Notes under the pieces: generated by a model | Seen by the model: the letters and a program-made list of their open reading frames with translations, nothing else | Database searches by the model: none | What the model was told of the DNA's origin: nothing | Virus record (IMG/VR): IMGVR_UViG_3300047476_001329 | DNA length: 64,000 bases | Source of the DNA: a virus | Reading direction: 5' to 3' (one strand) | Shown: positions 37,715 to 47,010 of the stretch, piece after piece | How positions within the stretch are numbered: position 1 is the stretch's first letter | Layout: every line of letters starts with the position of its first letter | Position numbers and translations under genes: made by a program

Positions 37715-38417
37715 AGTTACAATAGTGATTCCTTGTTATAATGAGGATAAGTACATAAAAAAAACTATAGACTCAATCTACAAGCAAGTACTAATTGATG
37801 GGACGTTAATTATTATTGCAGACAATCATTCAACAGATAGAACCAGGGGAATAATAAATAATCTATCTAACATGTATTCAGATAGATTAAACATACAAAT
37901 GATTAATGGTGGGAAAGTTGCTGAGGCAAGAAATCTTGGTAGTAACTTAGTAACCACAGAATATGTTCTCTTTATTGATGCAGACACCCAATTATTTAGT
38001 AACACCGCCATTCATGATGCCATGGAGGAAATGATGTTTAACGATTTGGATTTATTAACCTTTAAATTAAGGTCCGTGTCAGGTGATTGGAAATCTAAGT
38101 TAGCGTTTGCTAGTTTTAACTTTGTAAATAAGATAGTAAGTAAATTCACCCCGTTCGCTGTCGGGACATTTTTTATGACAAGGACGGATAGATTTGTGGA
38201 GTTGGGTAAATTTAATGAAGAATACCACCACAGCGAAGATTTCGGTTTAAGTAAAAAATATAACCCAAAGAAATTCAAGATATTCCAACACTATGTTGGT
38301 CAAGATGACCGCAGATTCAAAAAGATGGGGTATTTGGGTATGGTCAAGTTACTCATTAAATCCTTTTTAAATAGGAAAAACGAAGAATATTTCAAAAAAG
38401 ATATTGGTTATTGGTGA
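37680..38417 (+). CDS. family 2 glycosyltransferase
   Basis: Start placed at the ATG at 37680. 'VTIVIPCYNEDKYIKKTIDSIYKQ', 'FIDADT' (DxD). Confidence 0.6.
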   Translation: MTLYRPQKIKNKVTIVIPCYNEDKYIKKTIDSIYKQVLIDGTLIIIADNHSTDRTRGIINNLSNMYSDRLNIQMINGGKVAEARNLGSNLVTTEYVLFIDADTQLFSNTAIHDAMEEMMFNDLDLLTFKLRSVSGDWKSKLAFASFNFVNKIVSKFTPFAVGTFFMTRTDRFVELGKFNEEYHHSEDFGLSKKYNPKKFKIFQHYVGQDDRRFKKMGYLGMVKLLIKSFLNRKNEEYFKKDIGYW

Positions 38418-38543
38418 TTTCAAAAAAAATTTTGAAATATTAAATATTCTTCTTATTATTGTCTCATGATTACATTTTTACTTGTAGTTGTTTGTATCTT
38501 GTTGTATGCAATCAACGAAAACATCAGACAAAAAAAATAGACT

Positions 38544-38858
38544 ATGGTCCACACCAATATACAGGTATATGATTATTTGCAACCACATTACAAATTTAAT
38601 TTGATAACGATGGCATTCTGTGATAGAATGTTGATTATTATGATATCTAACGGTTGTAGTGATAAAGAAAAACTCGACTTGAGGAAATACCTAAACGAGA
38701 ATCTTTTTTATCAACACGAAGAAACTAATGTTTATTATCGTTTAAAAAGTAGAAGTGGTGACTTTATTGACCCGACTATTTTTGATAAAGAAAATGGTAA
38801 TTCAAGAAAAGAAATGGTTGAACGTTTTATTGGGAGAAATATATTATGTCAAGGTTAG
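38544..38858 (+). CDS. hypothetical protein
   Basis: 104-aa ORF. Confidence 0.25.
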   Translation: MVHTNIQVYDYLQPHYKFNLITMAFCDRMLIIMISNGCSDKEKLDLRKYLNENLFYQHEETNVYYRLKSRSGDFIDPTIFDKENGNSRKEMVERFIGRNILCQG

Positions 38859-39682
38859 ATAAATTAAAAGAACAACATCAAGATTTAAATATAAATCTGA
38901 TTGATTTGTTGGCAAAAGCGGACCCTAGCGGTTCGTACAAATACTTACCCTTTTTAATTAAAACGTTTAAGTCAAATTTCACCACTGAGGGTGATATACT
39001 TAGGCATATGTTCCAAAGAGATAACTTAATTAGTTTGACAAAATTTGAGGAACATATGAAACATAATCGTATTAAGAATAATGATATTAGTACGTATAGT
39101 AGTTTTAAACAGATTAAAGATGAGGTTGAAGAGGCCGACGAATTATTACGTATAAAAGAACTCGAAAAACAAGTCAAGAAAATATACAGTAATGATGAAT
39201 GGTTAGTACTCATACCACTCAGTTATGAATCTGCAAAGATGTACGGTGCAAATACCAAATGGTGTGTGACTCAACGTGAGTATTGGGATAAATATTTGAA
39301 AGATTACAAGATTATTTATATCATCAATAAAAAAACTGATGTAAAATGGGCAATCTCGAGTAAAGATAGTGAAGATTTAATTGAGGGTTGGCAATCAGAT
39401 GACCATACAATTAGTCCTTTTATGATACCCATCCCATCATCTATTTTGGCAATAATCACCGACGAAATAAGGGAAAGAGAATCGATTTCGGAAATGTCTG
39501 AGTATAAGGTTCTACATCCAAAAGACGAAACTTGGGTAACTTGGGATTATAATGGCCGAAATATATCTCAATTACATGAAGTTCAAGACAGTTACGGTGA
39601 TTTCATTAACGCGGCTAATTCCATGGACGTTCAACACATCTTGAGTCTTTTTGGAAAACTTGGGATGGGTGGACAACAATAA
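38846..39682 (+). CDS. hypothetical protein, second member of dispersed paralog pair
   Basis: 'MSRLDKLKEQHQDLNINL...' and 'IYSNDEWLVLIPLSYESAKMYGANTKWCVTQRE' align with 26555..27592. Confidence 0.4.
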   Translation: MSRLDKLKEQHQDLNINLIDLLAKADPSGSYKYLPFLIKTFKSNFTTEGDILRHMFQRDNLISLTKFEEHMKHNRIKNNDISTYSSFKQIKDEVEEADELLRIKELEKQVKKIYSNDEWLVLIPLSYESAKMYGANTKWCVTQREYWDKYLKDYKIIYIINKKTDVKWAISSKDSEDLIEGWQSDDHTISPFMIPIPSSILAIITDEIRERESISEMSEYKVLHPKDETWVTWDYNGRNISQLHEVQDSYGDFINAANSMDVQHILSLFGKLGMGGQQ

Positions 39683-39694
39683 AAATTTAGTGAG

Positions 39695-39988
39695 ATGTCA
39701 AATACAAACATCAAGATTGCATACAAGGAATACCTGAATTGGTATGAAAATTTGGGCATAAATCGTGAATATATTAGGGAGGTTAAGATAACTAATATAA
39801 CTCGTTTTACTGATAGGTTAATTGAGGACGACGAGTTATGGTTAATGTTTGGTGACGGTTGTACCGTGGATTTAACCCTCCTTGAAAGACAGAACATATT
39901 CAAGGAAAAATACCCCCACATGTTGGACATACTATCTCACCGACATTATGACGACCACTCAATACCAAAACGAAAATTAATCAAATGA
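39695..39988 (+). CDS. hypothetical protein
   Basis: 97-aa ORF. Confidence 0.3.
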   Translation: MSNTNIKIAYKEYLNWYENLGINREYIREVKITNITRFTDRLIEDDELWLMFGDGCTVDLTLLERQNIFKEKYPHMLDILSHRHYDDHSIPKRKLIK

Positions 39989-40569
39989 AATATATCTTAA
40001 AAACTTACGGATGGAGTGCTGAGTTCATCGGTAAAAAACTAACAGACGAACAAGTCGAACAAATTGAATTACTCAAAGAAGAAAATGGTTACGACGAACT
40101 TTGGGAAACTAGATTTGATTTGGAAAATCTCGACATTGACATTTATGATGGTGATTTATTCCACGTGAATAAAGCGTTAGATAACGATACCATGATTTTT
40201 GAGTTGGAAGATGAAAATGGTAATTCTGTTTTGTCTTTTGGTATTGGAGATATTAAAACCATTTCATCTGTAGATGAGGATTGGGATGATTATGTTTCTC
40301 ATCGAGGATTCCCAATTGAAAAAGGTGAGAACATATTCTTAACCGTCGATGAAAACAAGGGAGGTATCTTTGAATTTGAAATTGAATCTGAATCGGTGCC
40401 GACTGTTGATGATTTCACTTACTGTCATGGTTCTGTCGATTTCCCTGATGGTGATTGGGATTATATCGATAGAATATTCTATAAGGGTACGGAATTAGAA
40501 CCATCAGATTTCTTAGATAATTCGGGTAAGTCATCCCAAATGAACATTTTTAGATTTGAAGAAGAATAA
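39985..40569 (+). CDS. acidic hypothetical protein
   Basis: 194 aa, Asp/Glu-rich. Confidence 0.35.
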   Translation: MKYILKTYGWSAEFIGKKLTDEQVEQIELLKEENGYDELWETRFDLENLDIDIYDGDLFHVNKALDNDTMIFELEDENGNSVLSFGIGDIKTISSVDEDWDDYVSHRGFPIEKGENIFLTVDENKGGIFEFEIESESVPTVDDFTYCHGSVDFPDGDWDYIDRIFYKGTELEPSDFLDNSGKSSQMNIFRFEEE

Positions 40570-40768
40570 CTCAACGTGTAAAGAATGTCCTTGGGTTGTT
40601 AAAAGTAAGAACAACGATGTTGTAACCCGTTTTTCCAAGAGGATGGGAAAACCACACTCTTGTCATATGATACATAAAAATATTTGGGATGTGTCTGATG
40701 GTAATTTGTGTAAGGGTTATCAAAATTATTTGAATAATGTGAAAGACCAAAAGAATGTCATTGAGTGA
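40556..40768 (+). CDS. small Cys/His-rich protein
   Basis: 'CKECPW...SCHMIH...CKGY'. Confidence 0.25.
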   Translation: MKKNNSTCKECPWVVKSKNNDVVTRFSKRMGKPHSCHMIHKNIWDVSDGNLCKGYQNYLNNVKDQKNVIE

Positions 40769-41090
40769 ATACAAATTACTTAAAGGTTATACAATTCCAC
40801 CACCTCCACGTTATAATATAAGCAGTGGATTACACTGGATTCAGCAACCTTTTGTCAGAATTTGTTCGATAAATAATGATTTGCGTTCATTTCAAGAAAA
40901 TACATTTCATTGTAATGTCATCACAGTTGAATCAATTAACAGAGTGATTAGTAACCCAAATGTTGCATTGTTCTTATATAGGGCAATATCTTTTGAAACT
41001 CGAGAAGAGTATGGAATTTTAAATAATTTTGATGTACCAATGAACACACCAATGAGATTAATTGGGTATATTTTAGATTTATCTAATTGA
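40755..41090 (+). CDS. hypothetical protein
   Basis: 111-aa ORF. Confidence 0.3.
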   Translation: MSLSEYKLLKGYTIPPPPRYNISSGLHWIQQPFVRICSINNDLRSFQENTFHCNVITVESINRVISNPNVALFLYRAISFETREEYGILNNFDVPMNTPMRLIGYILDLSN

Positions 41091-41093
41091 AAA

Positions 41094-41125
41094 TTTGGAA
41101 TATTCTAAATTAGATATTATTTTTG
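41094..41125 (+). promoter_or_regulatory. phage promoter-like motif
   Basis: 'tttggaatattctaaattagatattatttttg'. 27 nt upstream of the small ORF at 41152. Confidence 0.4.
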
Positions 41126-41151
41126 TAGAACAACCGTTAAACACTATTAAA

Positions 41152-41265
41152 ATGGAAAACCAAGGAAGAAGGAAAGACCAGATTGAATTTAGTGAGAGAG
41201 TAGCATTTTGGTCAATAGTTGCAATTATCGTAACAATTGCATCAATTTTAATACTTAATAGGTGA
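41152..41265 (+). CDS. small membrane peptide (37 aa)
   Basis: Unlisted ORF 'MENQGRRKDQIEFSERVAFWSIVAIIVTIASILILNR'. Confidence 0.25.
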   Translation: MENQGRRKDQIEFSERVAFWSIVAIIVTIASILILNR

Positions 41266-41278
41266 AGGAACAAACAAA

Positions 41279-41542
41279 ATGAAAATATTTAAATCATCAG
41301 GTTACACAGAAAACGACACTATGTGCTCAGGAACAATTTACAAATTTAAGGACCGTTGGTTCTTCCGTTACATTTTAATGTTTGATGATGAGTATACCGA
41401 AATACCGGTAAACGAATCATCAATCCCAAACTCAAAACTCATCACTGAATTCTACGAGACAGGGGCTAGAGTTAATGCTAGAATTGTTACCAAGAGAACA
41501 GAGGACGGGAGAGTTTACGATGAGGCAATTTTAGTAGAATGA
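41279..41542 (+). CDS. hypothetical protein
   Basis: 87-aa ORF. Confidence 0.3.
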   Translation: MKIFKSSGYTENDTMCSGTIYKFKDRWFFRYILMFDDEYTEIPVNESSIPNSKLITEFYETGARVNARIVTKRTEDGRVYDEAILVE

Positions 41543-42165
41543 TAGACAATTTAGAATTAATCAAACCACTTTTGAACTTCGAAAACGAAGGGGACTTTTA
41601 TATGCTCTACGTTTTCAAAAGGAAAAAGGACCAAACTACAGATAAGGCGAACCATCAATCGGTTCGTACAATCAAAACATATTGTGTTGAGAGTATTGAT
41701 TATCTTGAAAAGAGATACGAAGAAATCAAACAACTTTGTGAGATGTTCAAGTCTCGAGCATACATCCATATACAAAAACAAAATCACCAAGATGTGTCTT
41801 TGGAAATGATGGTTGCATTAGCAAACAAAATTCGTAATGGTCAACACAGACAACAACACCTATTCGATTCAGTTGTTGGTCAATTAAAAACGTTAGAAAA
41901 ACGTTGGATTGTTGATATTGACACCAAGGACGAAGAGGCCGTACATAAAATCGCTCGTTTAATTGATAGGTTACGTCCCGAAGGTTCCAAAATCGAAGCT
42001 GTTATCCCAACTAAAAGTGGATATCACTTCATCACCAAAAGATTTGACGTGATGGAGTTCAATAAGATTATGTCTTTGCAGGGTGATGTTCCTGATATTC
42101 AAAAGAAGAATCCAACACTACTTTATTTACCCGATTGTTTACATCAAGATATAGAACATGTTTAA
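41539..42165 (+). CDS. hypothetical protein
   Basis: 208-aa ORF overlapping the neighbouring starts/stops (operon). Confidence 0.35.
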   Translation: MIDNLELIKPLLNFENEGDFYMLYVFKRKKDQTTDKANHQSVRTIKTYCVESIDYLEKRYEEIKQLCEMFKSRAYIHIQKQNHQDVSLEMMVALANKIRNGQHRQQHLFDSVVGQLKTLEKRWIVDIDTKDEEAVHKIARLIDRLRPEGSKIEAVIPTKSGYHFITKRFDVMEFNKIMSLQGDVPDIQKKNPTLLYLPDCLHQDIEHV

Positions 42166-42889
42166 ATTTTATGAGGTTGGCGGTAAAGTTAGAGATGAAA
42201 TCTTAGAGTTAGAATCTAAAGATGTGGATTATGTTGCGGTACCAAGTGATGGTTTGTTAAAAGATGTTACTTCGGCACACGACATGTTCGGTATTCTTGA
42301 GAGTTACCTTAAGGAAGAAGGATTTGAACTATTTTTGGTTACACCCGACTGTTTCACAATCCGTGCTAAGTTCCCGAAAGAACATAAGTACGAAGGTGTT
42401 GCCGATTTTGTCATGGCAAGAAAGGAAGTAGGTTACATTCCTGGTACTAGACAACCAATCATCCAACCCGGTACTTTATTCGATGATTTAGAAAGAAGAG
42501 ACTTTACCCTCAACGCGTTGGCGAAAGACGAAGATGGTAAGATAATTGATTTCTTCAATGGGTTGGAACATTTAAAGAAGGGTATGTTAGTAACACCATT
42601 AAATGTTAATGATACATTCAACGATGACCCACTTCGTATTTTAAGAGCCATTAGATTCTCTATTACCAAAGGATTTACAATTGGTGCGTTTATGGATTTA
42701 GTGATTCAAGATTACGATTACAACAAAAAAATGAAGGTGGTTTCTGTAGAGAGGATTAGAGAAGAATTGTTTAAATGTTTTAAGCACGATACGATTAAAA
42801 CTTTAAGAGTTCTCAATGATTATCCAAAACTTAGAAATTACATCTTCAAAAAAAATATTCTGTGGTTAAAACCAACATTAGAAAAATGA
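42158..42889 (+). CDS. tRNA nucleotidyltransferase (CCA-adding enzyme) / poly(A) polymerase head-domain protein
   Basis: 'VGGKVRDEILELESKDVDYVAV' matches the GG-x-V-R-D...D-x-D nucleotidyltransferase head motif of CCA-adding enzymes. 243 aa (minimal). Confidence 0.55.
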   Translation: MFKFYEVGGKVRDEILELESKDVDYVAVPSDGLLKDVTSAHDMFGILESYLKEEGFELFLVTPDCFTIRAKFPKEHKYEGVADFVMARKEVGYIPGTRQPIIQPGTLFDDLERRDFTLNALAKDEDGKIIDFFNGLEHLKKGMLVTPLNVNDTFNDDPLRILRAIRFSITKGFTIGAFMDLVIQDYDYNKKMKVVSVERIREELFKCFKHDTIKTLRVLNDYPKLRNYIFKKNILWLKPTLEK

Positions 42890-43413
42890 AAACAATAGAA
42901 GTATCGGATGAAATGTATGCAAAGTTGATGGAACTTGCAACAGAGATGACAACACAGGACCCAAGAGGTACTCGTATGCCACACCTATTTCAAATTAGGG
43001 ATTGGAAGAAAGTATATGATGCCGATTTAAATGGTGACACTCACATTTATTTGGATAGAGGTTATGGTGTTGAAATTGAAACCGTTGATGAATTAATTGA
43101 ATATCTTAGTGATTCGGAGATTGAGTTTAACGAAGATGAAATTAGGGATATGTGGGTTAATGACCATGACTTTGGTTTACCTGATTGGATTGAAGAAAAT
43201 TGTAAAGATTTAGAACGACATTCATATTCAATGGAAGAGTTCTATGTTAATTCATTTTTAACGGCTAAAGCGGCTCAAGAACATCTTGAAAAAAACTATT
43301 ACCATTATCACAAAAATGCCGATGTTTATTTAAATCATTCTTGGAGAAATTCTGAGGCGGATTTGGTTTCAGAATTTCTTTGTGGTTTAGTGGGGAAAGA
43401 GATGCACACATAA
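42862..43413 (+). CDS. hypothetical protein
   Basis: 183-aa ORF. Confidence 0.35.
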   Translation: MVKTNIRKMKTIEVSDEMYAKLMELATEMTTQDPRGTRMPHLFQIRDWKKVYDADLNGDTHIYLDRGYGVEIETVDELIEYLSDSEIEFNEDEIRDMWVNDHDFGLPDWIEENCKDLERHSYSMEEFYVNSFLTAKAAQEHLEKNYYHYHKNADVYLNHSWRNSEADLVSEFLCGLVGKEMHT

Positions 43414-43450
43414 AAACAAAATTGTGAAAAATTTTATTTAAAAATTTTTC

Positions 43451-43477
43451 GGATATCAAAAAATATTTCTATATTTG
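43451..43477 (+). promoter_or_regulatory. phage promoter-like motif
   Basis: 'ggatatcaaaaaatatttctatatttg' ends 19 nt before the ATG at 43497. Confidence 0.45.
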
Positions 43478-43496
43478 TGAATAATAAATCACAAAT

Positions 43497-44984
43497 ATGA
43501 ATCCACTTCTTTTAACTGACGGTTATAAAACCGGACATCACCAACAATATCCAAAGGGGACAACGTTGGTTTATTCAAATTTCACACCACGTAGTAACAA
43601 GTACGCACCCAAGGGATGTGACAAAGTGGTATCTTTCGGTCAACAAATGGTTATGAAACAAATCCACGATATGTTTCAAAATTATTTCTTTAAACGACCA
43701 AAAGAAGAAGTTATCTCTGAAATCAAACAAGAGATGTCTTGGTACTTAGGTACTGAGTACGATGTCTCACATTTTGAAAAATTACATGATTTAGGATATC
43801 TTCCAATTCATGTTAAGGGAATTGAAGAAGGAACATTGGTTCCAATTAAAGTTCCGGTGTTGACGATTTATAACACCGAACCCGAGTTCTATTGGGTTAC
43901 GAATTATTTGGAGACAATCATTTCAAATTTATTATGGAAACCGATGACATCGGCAACCATTGCGTATCAATATAGAAAAGTATTGACTCAATGGATGTTA
44001 AAAACTGACCCTGAAAGGGCGTGGTTCATCGATTGGCAAGGACACGACTTCTCAATGAGAGGTATGGATTCAATCGCGGCAACGATTAGTTCGGGACTTG
44101 GACATGCAACATCATTCATGGGTTCAGATTCTTTACCTGTTATCCACGGAGCTCGTAAATTCTATGGAGCACAAGGACCTGTTGTCGGTAGTGTTAATGC
44201 TACCGAACACAGTGTAATGTGTGCGGGTTCTAAAGAAGATGAGATTGGTACATTCCGCAGATTATTGGAAACTTATCCAACAGGAATCTTATCAGTTGTA
44301 TCAGATACATGGGACTTATGGAAAGTATGTACTGAACACGTAGTCACTTTGAAAGAAGAGATTATGGCTCGTGATGGTAAATTGGTTATTCGTCCTGACT
44401 CAGGCGACCCAGTTGATATTATTTGTGGATTGAACTCAAAACCTCCAATTATGATAGATTCAGAATTATTGAAATCGAAAGATGTTCACAATGAACCTAA
44501 AGTAAAAGGAGTAATTGAATTACTTTGGGATGTGTTCGGTGGTACGGTCAACGAACAAGGTTATAAAGTACTTGACTCCCATATTGGTGCAATCTACGGT
44601 GACTCAATCACAATCGACAGAGCTGAAGAAATCTGTAAGAGATTGGAAGCAAAAGGTTTTGCATCAACAAACATTGTATTAGGTGTTGGTTCTTTCACAT
44701 ATCAATATAATACAAGAGATACATTTGGTTTCGCGATGAAGGCAACATACGTTGAAGTGGATGGGGAAGGTCGTGAAATCTTCAAGGACCCAATCACCGA
44801 CGACGGTACTAAGAAATCTGCAACCGGTTTATTGTCGGTCTTCAAAGATGATAATTTAGTTTATCGATTACACGACCATTGTGATTGGGATACCGAATCA
44901 AAAGGAGAACTCCAAACCATTTACAAAGATGGCACTTTACGAAATGTTGTATCATTTGAAGAAATTCGTTTACGTTTAAAATAA
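43497..44984 (+). CDS. nicotinamide phosphoribosyltransferase-like (NAMPT / Namat-type)
   Basis: 'MNPLLLTDGYKTGHHQQYP' closely matches the NAMPT N-terminus (compare 'NILLATDSYKVTHYKQYPP'). 495 aa. 'LDSHIGAIYGDSIT' region. Confidence 0.85.
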   Translation: MNPLLLTDGYKTGHHQQYPKGTTLVYSNFTPRSNKYAPKGCDKVVSFGQQMVMKQIHDMFQNYFFKRPKEEVISEIKQEMSWYLGTEYDVSHFEKLHDLGYLPIHVKGIEEGTLVPIKVPVLTIYNTEPEFYWVTNYLETIISNLLWKPMTSATIAYQYRKVLTQWMLKTDPERAWFIDWQGHDFSMRGMDSIAATISSGLGHATSFMGSDSLPVIHGARKFYGAQGPVVGSVNATEHSVMCAGSKEDEIGTFRRLLETYPTGILSVVSDTWDLWKVCTEHVVTLKEEIMARDGKLVIRPDSGDPVDIICGLNSKPPIMIDSELLKSKDVHNEPKVKGVIELLWDVFGGTVNEQGYKVLDSHIGAIYGDSITIDRAEEICKRLEAKGFASTNIVLGVGSFTYQYNTRDTFGFAMKATYVEVDGEGREIFKDPITDDGTKKSATGLLSVFKDDNLVYRLHDHCDWDTESKGELQTIYKDGTLRNVVSFEEIRLRLK

Positions 44985-44989
44985 AAACC

Positions 44990-45964
44990 GTGGCAGAAGT
45001 ATTAAATTTAGTAAACCCAAACGATATACTTTCATTTAAGTACAAGATAAGTCGTTTCCCCGATGGTCAACAATCTTTACAATTGACTGAAGATGGTTAC
45101 AACACATTTGAATCTCTCAGACATTCTAATAACGCACATGGTATCATTATCAAATCAAGGTTGAACACTTTCAGTGACCTTGAACTAATCATATGTGCAA
45201 CTAAGGCATTGAGAAACGTTGGTGTTAAGAACATTGAACTTTATATTCCATATTGTATCGGGGGTAGAAGTGACCGTAAGTTTATGGAAGGTGGAATCAA
45301 TTACATTAAAGATGTAATTGCGCCAATCATCAATTCTCAAGGGTATGAAAGGGTAATCATTATGGACCCACATAGTGATGTATTGGAAGCATGTATCGAC
45401 AACTTTGTTAAGATTGATAACTTAAAGATTGCTAACTTCGCTTTACGTGATTATTTCATTTCAAAAGGATTTGAAACATGGAGTGCGGATAATTTTGAAA
45501 AGGTTCGGTTTGTTTCTCCTGATGCTGGTGCATTGAAAAAAGTATTCCACGTTGCTGAGAATGTAAAATACAAACACAACGTTATAATTTCTTCAAAACA
45601 TCGTAACATTGAAACCGGTGCAATTGATTACACCGATGTTCCAATGTCAGTACACGATGCCGATAAGGACTTCTTCATCTTTGATGATATTTGTGATGGT
45701 GGTAGAACCTTTATCGAGATAGCTAAGGCAATCGAAGAGAAAAGAAAGTTATCAAGTGTAGTTCAACCACAACATTATGGTAAGAACTACTTAGTGGTTA
45801 CCCACGGTATTTTCAGTGTAGGTTTTGACTTCCTAGTCCAATATTTTGACGGTATCTACTGTACAAATAGTGTAAAAGATATTCGAGACGGAACTATTGT
45901 GGACACGTTCTCAAGACACAAAACAATTCATTCATTAGTTAAACAATTAGATGTATTCAAATGA
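44990..45964 (+). CDS. ribose-phosphate pyrophosphokinase-like (PRPP synthetase / Adps-type)
   Basis: 'KISRFPDGQQSLQL' (PRS N-domain F-x-DGE-like motif) and 'FFIFDDICDGGRTF' (PRPP-binding loop). Confidence 0.75.
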   Translation: MAEVLNLVNPNDILSFKYKISRFPDGQQSLQLTEDGYNTFESLRHSNNAHGIIIKSRLNTFSDLELIICATKALRNVGVKNIELYIPYCIGGRSDRKFMEGGINYIKDVIAPIINSQGYERVIIMDPHSDVLEACIDNFVKIDNLKIANFALRDYFISKGFETWSADNFEKVRFVSPDAGALKKVFHVAENVKYKHNVIISSKHRNIETGAIDYTDVPMSVHDADKDFFIFDDICDGGRTFIEIAKAIEEKRKLSSVVQPQHYGKNYLVVTHGIFSVGFDFLVQYFDGIYCTNSVKDIRDGTIVDTFSRHKTIHSLVKQLDVFK

Positions 45965-46434
45965 GAATAACAGATAACTACGTGTTCTTTTGGAGTGGAA
46001 TTTATTCCCAATGGCACAAAGCACCAATGGTAATCGACAAGGTCGAATACAATTCATGTGAACAATATATGATGCATCAAAAAGCATTACTTTTTGAAGA
46101 CAATGAGATTGCAGAATTGATTATGAAAGAGTCAAACCCGAGGGAACAAAAGAGGTTTGGTCGAATGATTAAGAACTTTAATAAATCCGTTTGGGAAAAG
46201 AATTGTCTGGCAATTGTGTATGAGGGAAACTTAGCCAAGTTTACTCAAAACCCTGACTTAATGTCGGCGATGTTAAGTACTGGAGATAGAATCTTTGTTG
46301 AAGCATCTCCACTTGATAACATTTGGGGAATTGGGATGAAAGAGGACCATCCGGATATTGAGGACCCCTCATATTGGTTAGGTCTTAATTTATTGGGACA
46401 GGCATTAAATCTTGTTAAAAATAAAATAAAATAA
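45961..46434 (+). CDS. NADAR (YbiA/DUF1768) domain protein
   Basis: 'NYVFFWSGIYSQWH' and 'YNSCEQYMMHQKALLFED' are the conserved NADAR blocks. Confidence 0.7.
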   Translation: MRITDNYVFFWSGIYSQWHKAPMVIDKVEYNSCEQYMMHQKALLFEDNEIAELIMKESNPREQKRFGRMIKNFNKSVWEKNCLAIVYEGNLAKFTQNPDLMSAMLSTGDRIFVEASPLDNIWGIGMKEDHPDIEDPSYWLGLNLLGQALNLVKNKIK

Positions 46435-46435
46435 T

Positions 46436-46543
46436 ATGGAACAACTACATCCAGTGGCCCAAGTAGTAGGAATCATTGTAATCGGCATCTGTGTATGTGT
46501 TGCACTTTTAGCCATGTTCACCACCTATTTTGATAAGCGTTGA
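46436..46543 (+). CDS. tiny hydrophobic peptide (35 aa)
   Basis: Unlisted ORF 'MEQLHPVAQVVGIIVIGICVCVALLAMFTTYFDKR'. Confidence 0.2.
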   Translation: MEQLHPVAQVVGIIVIGICVCVALLAMFTTYFDKR

Positions 46544-46544
46544 T

Positions 46545-46991
46545 ATGAGTACAATGAAAGAATACTTCGATAAGAACCCCGAGTCTCTCCCATATCTTCA
46601 AAGATTGGAGGATGAGTGGAAAATGTACGGTAAGATAATCATTGCGTGTGATTATGATGATACCATATCACCATGGAAGATGCAAAACAGGGATTTCAAA
46701 AGAGTTTTTGAAGTACTGACAGTTGCAAAACAAACCGGTGCGTATGTCGTTATCTTCACCGCATGTAAAGAAGACCGTTACCCTGAAATTACTAAGTATT
46801 GTATGGACAATGGTTTGGAAATCGATGGGATTAACACCACACCAATTGATTTACCTTACGGTAACGATAAAAAGATTTACGCAAACGTGTTCATTGATGA
46901 CCGTGCGGGTTTAAATGAATCATTGAACATTTTGGAGATGGCAATGTATCGTATCCGTGGTAGTAAATCATCAGAAGGATTTGATTTTTAA
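46545..46991 (+). CDS. HAD-like hydrolase (putative)
   Basis: Start moved to 'MSTMKEY'. 'KIIIACDYDDTISPW' is HAD motif I-like. Confidence 0.4.
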   Translation: MSTMKEYFDKNPESLPYLQRLEDEWKMYGKIIIACDYDDTISPWKMQNRDFKRVFEVLTVAKQTGAYVVIFTACKEDRYPEITKYCMDNGLEIDGINTTPIDLPYGNDKKIYANVFIDDRAGLNESLNILEMAMYRIRGSKSSEGFDF

Positions 46992-47010
46992 ATTTTAATT
47001 ATAGATTACG

